Made by a program: the position numbers and the translations under genes
Shown: positions 1 through 15,546 of the stretch, one piece after another
How the letters are laid out: each line of letters opens with the position of its first letter
Position numbering within the stretch: position 1 is the stretch's first letter
The notes under the pieces: model-generated
The model's database searches: none
What the model was told of the DNA's origin: nothing
What the model saw: the letters and a program-made list of their open reading frames with translations, nothing else
Source: Paraglomus brasilianum
Lineage: Eukaryota
Assembly (NCBI GenBank): GCA_910592345.1
Contig: CAJVPI010000188.1
Location: 1 to 44,392, forward strand
Direction of reading: 5' to 3'
Length of the DNA: 44,392 bases

Positions 1-19
1 AAACTCTTGTTATTTGTAG

Positions 20-349
20 CCTATTCCTAAAGTTGCTGTCGCTATGGTTGTCGGTGCGGTTGCAATACCATTAGCTACCTCGGCTATCATAACTATGACT
101 GGATTTACAACTGCAGGGATTACGGCCGGTTCGACGGCAGCAGGTTTTATGAGTACTTATGGCGGAAATGTGGCAGCAGGAAGTGCTTGCGCAGTTTTTC
201 AGAGCATCGGCGCAGCTGGCCTGGGTTTAAAAGGGATGGCGATATTGTCTACGGCTGGTGCTTTTATTGGCTATGCTATTTATACTATTTATAAAGCATT
301 TACGAAAAGTGAACCGGAATCCTTGCCGTTTGTAAAAGAAACCGCATAA
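20..349 (+). CDS. IFI6/IFI27 (ISG12)-like small Gly/Ala-rich membrane protein, probably the last exon of a gene starting before the window
   Basis: The motif GFTTAGITAGSTAAGFMSTYGGNVAAGSACAVFQSIGAAG matches the Ifi-6-16 family pattern (GFTxxGIxAGSxAAxxMS...GSxxAxLQSxGAAG). The frame is open back to a TTTGTAG acceptor ending at 19; an ATG lies at 44. Confidence 0.8.
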   Translation, partial: PIPKVAVAMVVGAVAIPLATSAIITMTGFTTAGITAGSTAAGFMSTYGGNVAAGSACAVFQSIGAAGLGLKGMAILSTAGAFIGYAIYTIYKAFTKSEPESLPFVKETA

Positions 350-1964
350 GAGAACTACACCTTCTTATCTCAGGAGAATCGCCCACTGGTACCCGCATTC
401 ACCGCTGATAAGATAGTTATTAATTACTGTATACAGTAGATTCTTCGACAATGAACGAGTAATTTTGATGACTAACTTGAGTCTACCTGTTATTGTAATT
501 CCTCATCAGTAATATGATTATGTTGAATAATGCATTCTTGAAGTAGATCATATTTACTGTTTTGGCTCTCCGTTACATTATTATTATACTTTATTAAGAC
601 GGGAAAGACTACGTCTTGGAGATAATAAATATGCTTGCTAATTATAATACCAATATACTATTATTATAGCATTGGTAGTGAACCCAAAATGTTAGAATTA
701 CAAATAAATTAGATGTAAATATGACCACCATTCGTGTTAGTTGCTAAACGATGTCAAACGTTAATTGAACGACACATTATTTATAATATAATTAGTTGGC
801 AAGTTGTATCTTGAGCTGCAATGACGACTACTAAGAAGCGTTGAAAATAACCTTTAAGTTTTACTTGTATTAACTTAGATATTAAAACAATAAATGTATT
901 GAAGTAATTATTTCTTGACACTTGAAAAAGTTAACAATATAGAAAAGGTTGTCTTGTTCTCACGAGAATATATGACAAAGAATATTTACTAATCAATGTT
1001 TCAAGACAGAAACATTCTCGAATTAAAGTCCTCTATAATAGGAATATTACTTGCGTATCAATACGAAGCGAGTCTTTGTAGCGTGAAGCAGATGTCTTGA
1101 TGACAGCTGTCTCACATCGCAAATGCATAGTAACTTTCTTCTTGAATATAGGGTTATTCTGACATATGGTGTGATAACTATGCACTTACAGGTGGAATAT
1201 AGTTTATGTCTCATTCTGTCTCAGCAATGAATTTATTCGAGGTTAATACATGAGCGCTGTTAATACCCAAACGCAATACGCCTTCTCTTGAGTTTTACCT
1301 ACACTTGTATCGTGATTCAATTACCTCAGTCGTGCCAGCTGAGTGGGATTAGCTGACCTTGGAATTTAGCTCTATACTTTAACTCACGCATAAAACTCGT
1401 CATAAAACATATAAAACGTAAACGTTATAACAGTTTTCTTTATCATTTCCTCTAATTTCTGATTTAACTAGGTTTCTTTTTGTACGATTGCACGTAACTT
1501 GACGTTGTTTGTTAATATATTGTAATGTGTGTTTGTATTTGTTTGTGATTATTCATATCAAAGGCACAAGATTGCCCAATCGGTCAAAAGCACCACTGGA
1601 TGCAAAGCCTCCAACGCTCAAACTGATAATTCTATTAAACCACGGCAAAGCCGATAAAAGAGAATAAGTCACTTGGATTATGGAGAGTAAACCGATTGTG
1701 TTTTGATTACCAACAAGCTAAGAAATAAGCCACTGCTTTAGAGAGCGATTTTAATCCAGAGAGTTGATGTAATGGCGAACTCATTCCACGCGTCTGATTT
1801 TGTATCACGTGTACAATCATTTCTTAGTATGAATAACGTTGTGCGAGGGCAACTAATTAATCTATCTTGGCGGAGCAAGGCCAGCATGGCTCCACGTAAG
1901 TTTAACTGAATGCTCTAGAATTTGTTTCGATTGTTTAATAATGAGAAGGTACGCATAACCAGAA

Positions 1965-2570
1965 ATACGTTTCTATCATTAGAATATCGGACAGGTAGCG
2001 TAGCTAAGTTGACATTTTTAAAGCAACGAGGATTTTTAAATTTGCCGATAACAAAAGGTTTAAGCTTATTCGTTCCCATTGCATTACAACAAAGTAGAAC
2101 TGTAACACGTTCTTTATCTTTTTTTTATGCCTTTTGCTTTATCATTCCTTGTTGCAAGAGTTCTGTTTGGACCTAGTCAAAAGAAAAGACCAGTTTCATC
2201 ACCTTTCATTATGGACATTTTCTAGGTTAAATGTTGCTATTATTTGTAAAAGTTTCCTTCCATTTTCCACTTGATCAAAGCATGCTGATTTACTTTCGCC
2301 TGTTATGTGCTTGCTACTAATATTATATCGTTTTTGAAACTTCTCCAACCATCCATTTGATGCTTCAAAATTAGAAGTCGTGGCCCATTTCTTTAGATCT
2401 ATTATAAAATTCGATTGCCTTGGTTTTTAAAATGTCTTGAGAAACGGGAACATTTAGACTGCGTAAACTTGTATAATGCTTCTTCTAAAGAAGGAAATCT
2501 CGCAACACGAATACGCAATTTCTTCAAATCTAAATTTTTTGCATCTGTAAGAGCACTTTCTTTGTCTACT
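1965..2570 (-). pseudogene. Decayed pogo/Tigger (CENP-B HTH plus DDE_1) transposase
   Basis: Frameshifted minus-strand translation gives RVARFPSLEEALY, VPVSQDILKTKAIEF, FEASNGWLEKFQKRYNI, GESKSA, DETGLFF*LGPNRTLA and KKDKERVTVLLCCNAMGTNKLKPFVIGKFKNPRCFKN. Confidence 0.9.
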
Positions 2571-3329
2571 GTTACTGACGTTATCCATACTTTAATAGAA
2601 ATATAATTAAGAGTGGGGATACAAAAGATGGTATGAAGCTCAAATGAATATGTGGCCTGAAAAAGGCAAATTGAATTAATGCATCCTCAAATTTTAATAA
2701 GTGTAAGTCAAAATATTTTGGAAAATATAGAAAATTGTCTATATTTCATTTCGCTGTGGGGCTAAACCATTTCTCAAATCTAAGAACTGCCTGCCTGAAG
2801 TTTTATGAACATTGGACCGAGTGTGTCAATTGCATTACTGCTTACCAAGATAATAATCCATGAATTTAGATCAATTATTCGTATAAATTATCTAATACAG
2901 CAAAAACGTCATTTTAAGTTCAGATGGTTTATATGTTTCCGGCATAGGTGATGATGCTGGCGATGGCGCAGAATATTTTCGTTTTGCTAACTGACAAAGT
3001 ATGCTAAATTGAGAATGATATAATACGTGGAGGGGGGGGGGGGGCTGAAAAGTTTTGATTGTTGATTCTTTATTTTGATAATTCAAAATACAATTATTCA
3101 AAAAACTATTTGATTCTATCAAAGTAGTTTCCATTAACATCTATGCAATAACACATTGCAGTCTACTGGTTTTTGTGTTATCCTTTTTTGAAAGTACAGT
3201 CAATCTTTGATTTTCTTGTCCAAGTTAAGTCAATAATTCTTACTCGATAGATCTGCAAATATATACCAAAAATAGTAACTATAACGCGTTAATTATTTGA
3301 GTAAAATAATTAATAATGCATCGACAGAC

Positions 3330-3560
3330 TCGCTGGTCTCTTTAATTTCAGGGTATTGCGGTTTACATTCTCTTTTTCTTTTGATGAAATTCAATATCAT
3401 TAGTGGCCAACCACTTGTCTCGTTTATTCCATATAATAATAACTACTTGATTCTGTATTGATACGCAACAGCAGTTTGTGTCGGAGCAGGTTTTTGAGAA
3501 AGCAAAGCACAGATCTTTTTCTTCTGTGCATAAGTTAATATAACTCTTTGCCATTCATTA
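3330..3560 (-). pseudogene. N-terminal HTH fragment of a second pogo/CENP-B-like transposase
   Basis: RVILTYAQKKKICALLSQKPAPTQTAVAYQY, then after a frameshift IWNKRDKWLA...KR...PQYPEI. This resembles the psq/CENP-B N-terminal HTH region. Confidence 0.65.
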
Positions 3561-4197
3561 AGGCTCACTTTCCCTAGTTTTGCATTAAATCCAATGTTCA
3601 TAAAGATCTCAACTATGATGAGTGATATTAATACAAAACTTGTGTAGTATGACAATTTATGTATAATGGGGTTGCTCATCCTGTTCTTGCTGTAGGATCA
3701 CAGTTGAAAGTCATAGTTACATATTCAGAAGACATACCAAATGGTCTCAGAGAGAAACATGTGAAGATACTAATACTTATGATAATATAAATATGGAATC
3801 TGATGATGAATCAGATTTTGATATCAGAAAATGTGATAACAGTGCAGAAATCAATGAATTTTTCTCTTCACATTCAGGCAGAAGCTGTGATATCAATGAA
3901 AAACCTCTTATACTTAATAAGTCACTGTCAAAGATAATGAATTCATAGTGGAGAGTATGGATTGTTATAGTAATAGTTAATGCTAGTAACTCATTCTTTG
4001 TGTCACTATGCTAAAATCATGATAAAACTGGTATAATAATAATAATCGGAATTTACCTGCCAGGTCGTACGGGCTCAAATATTATCCCTTCATTGGACAC
4101 TCAGATGGCTTCTCCTCTATAAATAGAAATATTATGGACTGTACTGGCAGGTAAATGCCTGATGATATGGTTATACCGATAAAAATGGCCGGTGCCA

Positions 4198-4227
4198 CTC
4201 GTATCAGTATAAAGAGGTTTGACTGTA
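4198..4227 (-). mobile_element. Isolated Tc1/pogo-type terminal inverted repeat end
   Basis: GAGGTTTGACTG|TA, i.e. TA|CAGTCAAACCTC on the minus strand, resembles the termini of the MITE at 5931-6127. A degenerate partner may lie at 3901 (AAACCTCTTATACT). Confidence 0.4.
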
Positions 4228-4251
4228 TAATTTTGGTTCCGTTTTGATATA

Positions 4252-4410
4252 TCCGCAGTAGATCCACGTTTTTATTAATACCCTGAGGTTATCCTTGCAA
4301 CTAATTACGACTATATTCTAATCGATCAATAATGTCGGATATATAACCATGGTTCATTTATGACATCCTCTTTCTATGGACACTAGACATAACTTTTTTG
4401 CAAATCATCC
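4252..4410 (+). repeat. Left arm of a ~160-bp long inverted repeat (partner 6280-6448)
   Basis: TCCGCAGTAGA...TTTATTAATACCCTGAG...CGACTATATTCTAATCGATCAAT...TTTCTATGGACACTAGACAT...CATCC is the near-exact reverse complement of 6280-6448. Confidence 0.95.
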
Positions 4411-5034
4411 GTTCTGTTTAGATTATATTTGGAATAAACGATTTCGCGATGTTTGCAAGCATTGTCACGCCGCTCGAATATTTCCGAAGCACTTATAAAA
4501 AATTCTATGAAGAGACAAAGGACATATTTTAAAAACAAAGAGTATTGACAAAAAAAAAATAAAACGGATTAATAGAAGACTCTTGCAATTATATAGTGCA
4601 TCTTTATACCTCTCAAGGTAATCATCTGATTATGATTAGTGTTGAGTACAGTATATCAATAACGAGTATTCTGATTCAATTACTAACCAGTCTCCTTTTT
4701 TAGTGGATAAAAATTTTCATCCATCCACTTTGCCGTCTACTGTTTCTACGACTCTTTGAACTGAGACAACGGAGCCCCTCCTAAGTTGTCCGCGAAGTCT
4801 CGTAAGGCTAATCGAATTTTAAACACTCAAACAACTATCGTAAATGCCGTGAATAATAATAATGGATCTACCGTGAATAAGGGCCCTCATATGAAAAAAA
4901 GGCTTCCATGAACAGTAATGTTATGAAATAGCTGGCCCTTATCACATCAACAATCGACGTCATATATTACTTTATTTAGTATCGCTGATTCAATCAGTGT
5001 TATAATCATAAACGACAACAAATAATGCGAGCTA

Positions 5035-5439
5035 CAGGGGGTACCAAAAAGTTTGTGAATCTTTGTGTGAATCAATAGTAAAACCAAAACTTTTTTACAA
5101 TATAAGTAGCAGTGCTTTTTACATTGATTTGAAGCAAATTGATTGTACTGTTTGGGGAGGGGGAAGTTCACTGAAATATATTACTGTTATAAAGCTGTAG
5201 TTCAATAAAGTGATACCATATGAATTACAATAGGAAAACTATAAAACTATATATGCGTTTATCTACTACCCACTTCATTAAACTGCAGCCTTATAACAAT
5301 AGTGTATTTTTGTTTATCTTTCTTTTTTTCAAAAAATACAATCAATTTGCTTCAATCAATGTAAAAAGCACTGCTACTTATATTGTAAAAAAGTTCACAC
5401 AATTCACACAAAGATTCACAAACTTTTTGGTACCCCCTG
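5035..5439. mobile_element. Tc1/mariner-type MITE, ~405 bp, with ~110-bp TIRs
   Basis: Left end TA|CAGGGGGTACCAAAAAGTTTGTGAATCTTTGTGTGAAT; right end ATTCACACAAAGATTCACAAACTTTTTGGTACCCCCTG|TT. The arms stay matched to about 5147 and 5337. The TA target site is imperfect on the right. Confidence 0.9.
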
Positions 5440-5930
5440 TTAATAAGAAAGGCAGTTTGTGATTATGAGATAACGTGGACACATGACGATTCGTAGATCA
5501 TTTTGCATTGTTTTCAAGACGCAACCCCTTATATGGTGATGAAGGCGGGCGGCAGTTTACGGTAATTATAATGAATACTAAACGGGAACGATAAGAGATT
5601 AATAAATAATATCAATGAATTGATTAATTTTTTATTTGATTTGTTTTTTAGCGCAAAAAAATTACGTCCATCAGTCTTACAAGAAATCAGCCGCTGTGAC
5701 AAGTTTCAGACTTTGTCGTCTCCAAACTTGCTTCAATACAGCCCTCGAGACTTCAATACCGATTCAGAAACCACATGTTTGGCAGGAACTGCCGAAAAGA
5801 TTGAAGAAGCTCGCAAAAAAGTATTAGTGACACTCGGATACTTGGCTTTGAAAAAATAATCTTGGTCAGTATTTAGCAGTTTTTGCCCATATTAATATAA
5901 TAATCGATAGATTCAATATTTTATGATCTA

Positions 5931-6127
5931 CAGTCAGACATCTCTAAATGCACGTTGTCGGGACCATAGTGAAAAAAATCCAAAAGTGTGCATTTAGAGA
6001 GAGTGTGCATTTACAGAGAGCAAAATATATAATGTTCTTATAAGCTGGGACTGAACCATACCGTGCATTTATGGAGAGTTTATATAGTGTGTGCATTTAG
6101 AGAGGTTGCATTAGAGAGGTCTGACTG
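5931..6127. mobile_element. Tc1/pogo-type MITE, 197 bp, TA TSD, with internal subterminal repeats
   Basis: TA|CAGTCAGACATCTCTAAATGCA ... TGCATTAGAGAGGTCTGACTG|TA, with four internal GTGCATTTA(G)AGAG-like copies near 5988, 6005, 6063 and 6091. Confidence 0.9.
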
Positions 6128-6279
6128 TATTATAATTACCCTCGGCCATGTTGTTAGTTAATGAATAAATTAAATATACTCGGGTTATATTTCAATGACA
6201 ACCACTTTCCGAACGCAACTACATTACTGTTGTATTTCTAGCAAAAGTCATTATTCTGCGTTAGCGAATAAGGTCTTTT

Positions 6280-6448
6280 GGATGGTTTGCAAACAAAGTC
6301 ATGTCTAGTGTCCATAGAAAGAGAATGTCATACATGAACCATGGTTATATATCCGACATCATTGATCGATTAGAATATAGTCGCAATTAGTTATAATATC
6401 GCAAGGATAAATCTCAGGGTATTAATAAAAACATGACTCTACTGCGGA
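6280..6448 (-). repeat. Right arm of the long inverted repeat (partner 4252-4410)
   Basis: Reverse complement of 4252-4410 with scattered substitutions and one short indel near 6392-6400. Confidence 0.95.
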
Positions 6449-8355
6449 GAGACTTGCCTATTATCAAAAACACCAGGTTTATTATTCATATCCTTGTGTC
6501 GATCGGTAGAACTAATTCTAGGCGGTTAAGTGAATCGACTATGGGATTACTTCGGAAGCCAATAGTGTTGGAATATAATTGTATCTGCCTAAAACGCGTT
6601 TGTACTTGGGAAAAATAATAATCATAATGTCACAAGAATATTCGCGGGACAAGACGCGAATACTCTAATCGATATAGAGGGCCTTGGCATATGGCGATTG
6701 GAAGGCAATTTTAGTCTTACATAATTTTATCAATAAATTCGCCCCTCCAATTATGTTGATGTAAATTTCGAGTTTAATAAAACACGTGATGCCAGTTACG
6801 CTTCAATGTTATTGTATAATGTATGTGTATATGGACGGGGAGTTGATGTAATTGATTATTAGATCAGGTAATCTTTTGGGTAGCCTGTTTAGATTCAGTG
6901 ATTATCTCTTGAATCTGCATGCCAAAGTTATCGTCATACTAATACTTTAAAATACTATATTTCTGGTGTACAACAAACTATTGACGTGTTCCAACCCGAA
7001 GCCTGTTTAGGAAAGATATTTGTATAGTAATAGTATTAATATAACTAGAAATCGAATACCTGTACTTGACGAGTTTACAGCGGGATAATTTGTTATTATT
7101 ATTGTAAGAAGAGTAAATTAAAGAAATGAAAATGTCGTTAGATCTTATTCAGTGAAAACCACGAGATATAAATCCTCGCAACTTGATCGAACAAGAATGA
7201 ACCCAATATTCGTCATGTATATTAATAGCTCAATATTTGAGGACGTTAGCAATCTAATATAGTGATGGCAAATTAAAATGGCATAAATTTGATCGTCCGG
7301 TGAGTGGGAAAATGAATATGATCTCCTGGATTTACAGTAGTTCAAAGGACGATTTTACTTATTGAGAGTATAAAGCAAGAAATTGATAGTAGTTCCTATA
7401 TTCCTACAATAAACGTAATACTGGTAATAAATACCAAGTATGAATGGTCATCTAGGCACTTAGTTTATTCAAACAGACTTTTCCCTATTATCCAGGAACA
7501 TTATTCTATGTCAGTGAAAATTTCCGAATATTATAAAATATTTCGATTACTCAAAAATCATTCATCTCTAACGGTCTATAGTAGTAATAGTAACAGTATA
7601 CCAATGGGGGGAGATACTTCGACTCTAAGTATGCATTGCATTATGGCAGCAAAAAGATTACATGTACTACTTACTATTCAGATAGAACATCCGATTGTTT
7701 ATTGGCCAGCATTACAAATTTAATATGCTGTTTGTAAATGAACAATATATATCATATGCGAAGACCTGCTTGCTCTATGACCAAACATGAACAATGAAAC
7801 CAATTAGTCTCTAATTCTCTTATTATTATTATTATTGTTATTATAAATTACATCTTCGATGCAAGTGGTCTACTGTCACCTATACTATACCATCGCCGTT
7901 ATTATAATAATGTGAAGCTGTAACGATATCCGTCGGAATCCTTTCCCTCTGTTTTACATTGCAATCATGTCTAGTTCAGTTCTTTGCAGATGCTTTATTA
8001 TTGATATCTCCTGCACGCTTAACACATATGCCATGCCATAACCAATCTCGAATTTCCTACCCGCTTACCAAATAAAGGACAATTACAAAGCCTTATATGT
8101 GCTTCCAATCTCAGTTAAACTCTCTGATATTAATTAATATGCCCCATGTGGCAGAGCCTTACCACGGGATTTCATGTAGTGTATGCTGAGGATGATGAGG
8201 TTGAGTGGTTGAATGGACAACGCTGGCTGCTGAGATTTCCTGCACATGAAAACTTTCTTTTTTCCGCAAATATACAGTATGCCATTACTATTTTGACCCG
8301 AACTGTCGTTACACTGTATTATTATTATATATTGTGTCCAGTATAATAACGTAGA

Positions 8356-8426
8356 ATAACAACAACATTAAACAACATTGACAACATTGACAATAACATT
8401 GACAATAACAACAATATAATAATAAT
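8356..8426 (+). repeat. Degenerate (ACA)n / ACAACATTG simple repeat
   Basis: Visible tandem units acaacattg and acaataacattg. Confidence 0.7.
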
Positions 8427-8957
8427 ACCTCGGCTACCTACATATCTGAATTCTCTTATTTATTGTTCGGTAAGATTGTGATAAGTGTGTTGTGTTTCAA
8501 CCTCAGGGAATGATGTCCTAATAAAGAATGTAATTGTTGGACCAAAAAACAACCATTATTTCCTTCTCGGTGACAATGAAAAATAATGATTGTACAAACA
8601 AACACACTTCACATTTATGCGTTTCGCAGTCGATGTAACTGAAATAGTTTGACCCCCCCCAAAGCTTAATTCTAAAATACCAAATTGAACCGTATAGTGC
8701 TTGATTGGTCCTTCATTGAACACTGTCTTCAAGCGCTATCAAATATCCTTCCTTGTTGTTTATCTCCAAGTAGCACAAGAAGAAATAACTTCCAATTGCA
8801 AACACCATATTCGGATGACGTTTATGAACTCTCATTCAAAAAGACTTTTATTATTTCCATCACTACACAATATATTTTCACCCTTCTATTTATCCGAAAC
8901 AATCTCTTTCACGTTCGCCGCATACACATTCTCCCTTAATAACCACAAACTTTATGA

Positions 8958-13139
<4,182 letters not shown>

Positions 13140-15546
13140 AGTGTTTATTTGTGCTCTGATTTTTATTTCTCCGAGTCGGTTTATCTTCCAGCTAATTTAT
13201 TGGTTGTCTAATAATTTGTCTTGTTTCTTCCCTTTTTTTTTTTTTAATTTGATTTTATTTTCTTCATGAATAATCTGTCTTTACTTCACGGTGTTAATTT
13301 TGCATCAGTGTAAAACTCATCATCTACATTTAGTAATGCTCACCAAAACCACGAAAATGACATTTAAGCAATAATCTCTGGTGATATTCAATAATTATAA
13401 AAATAAATATAATGAGATTCTAATATTTCCAACATGCACGATTTTATATAATAAATAAGTCTTTCACCCCCCAGTGCCTGCTACGGTATCCCGAAATTCT
13501 ATTATACATTTTATTATCATATTAATATTATACCTTTTATTACGCACGAGTAGACTAATAAAACTAAGTTGTCGTTATTTCAAAGTGTTGTTATCTTAAA
13601 TCCCTTTCAGTGAATGGGACCATTTAGAAAATAAATCATACTAGCCATCGGCTTGCATTAATTCCTCACTGTTAATTGTTTTTTTTAAAGCGAAAGGCTT
13701 TTTGGCTTGGCAAACTGTTGCAACACCAGTTCTAGATGCTCATTGAGTTCAACATATAGCGATATTAAATGAGGTCCCGTCTATATATTATTATTATTTT
13801 ACTACGCTACACTCAGTTTAAAGAAAGGGCTGTCTCTACCCACGAGTGATAGGACTTTTAATTGGTTGTTTCTAGACTTGTGATAATGGTAGTATTTAAG
13901 CGATAAATACTTCTTTTCAAATGATACAAATTGATGCTATGGATGATAGTACAGTACGGTGCTTATTTGAATATCTCATGTTGTATTTAGGACGGCTTCA
14001 TGTCAAAAAGAACAGTACAGAGTTTCTTGCTTTTAGCGTTTATTGAACAGAAACTTTTTTGCTCTAGTCTTTCTTTAACCTCGTGTTACTGTTACGTGTA
14101 TAGCATTTAATTGTAAAAGATAAATAGTGTTAATAATATTGACGTACACAATTTTTAATTACTGGCTTGTGTAGCTATAGTCTTATTTAATTGTTTATTA
14201 TCATATAGCGATGGTCATTTATGATCGCCATGTTCTGACTAAACCACATGTTCTGCTCCGTGATAAAAATGGCAAGCTTCGTCCCCCGTTAACGGCTCGT
14301 CATTTTATGATTCAGTTCGTTTTATTTTTCGCCTAGCACAAAGAAGGTCCACATTGAACCGAAATATATACAGATCAGCCCCATAATAATAATCATCCTT
14401 AGTTTATAATTAATTGGTATCACTAAACAAAAACTCTCTTAATTAACGTGTTTATTGTACAACTCGAAAAACGTGATACTGAGGCAGACACCATGGAGTA
14501 AAATTTCCTATATCCAACGACGTGACAATATGGAAGTGGGCGTGTGTATCAGAAAGCTTCTTAGGAATTCCTCTTCATACGGAGAACATTATCTCCGGAT
14601 TAAAGCTGAAAGCTAAACTGTCGCTATTCTGACTTAATCTCAAAATGATTATTGGCTCAATTCCCATTCCACAAAATTCGAGCCGCGTTTCTGGCATATT
14701 GTGCATATTTTTTACTAAACCAAGGGGAATTCATCTAAAAGGCCTGTTTAGCAAGAAGATTTTGACTAAGCTCGATGGCGTTGCAAGCGATTTTCCTGTA
14801 AACTCGTCGAAGGCGTGTCATTTTGCTATAGAATAAACATTGGCATCTATCGCTAAGTTCATCTCATTGCGAGCTTTTTCAGCGGCGGAGACTATATCAT
14901 AAACACGAGTATCTGTACCATACGACGTGGATTAGCAGTATGACATCCTTAAATTTAGAATCATCAGTAATTTATTTCGGAAATGTTCCCACGAATTGTA
15001 GTTTCAATACTGGCTATTATGCAAAGCACAAAGTCAAGATTGAATATAATAAAATGAATCTCGGCGAAAGTAAGGATTCGTTGCTCTCCTTACTAAGGCC
15101 GATTATTGTCTCTACTAATGAACGGATAAACCGTAAAGTTTATGTGACGAACAAAACTGAATGTGTGGTAACTGAACTATAGAATGTGGTGAAAATAACC
15201 ACAAATATGATGCTGTAATATCTTCGCTTTCTGTTGCTCCCCTAAGCCATGAACCCGAAGCAGATTATATCACCTATATGAGTGTCCCACGTACTTTTAA
15301 TGTGCTTACAAATGACTTTAGGATCTCAGTGGGTGCAACAGAAAATATATCCTGCCTAAATATTGAAATTGTACATTACATATTCTTTGTATTAATGTAT
15401 GTTTCTTTATCAGTAGGGAGTGTCATCAATGTCTGAAGCCCAAGTCTATCGGTACGTTCTGTGACAAATCTCTAGAATTGCATGAACACTGTAAGTAGAA
15501 AACAGCGTCTGAATAGCATAACTTATACCAATATCATTACCGCAAT

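Noticed and set aside
3032..3044. 13-nt G homopolymer
   Set aside because: A simple run with no supporting context, and its length is unreliable in assemblies.
4947..5462. Two similar short ORFs on opposite strands (4947-5171 and 5220-5462)
   Set aside because: The similarity comes from the TIRs of the MITE at 5035-5439, not from coding conservation.
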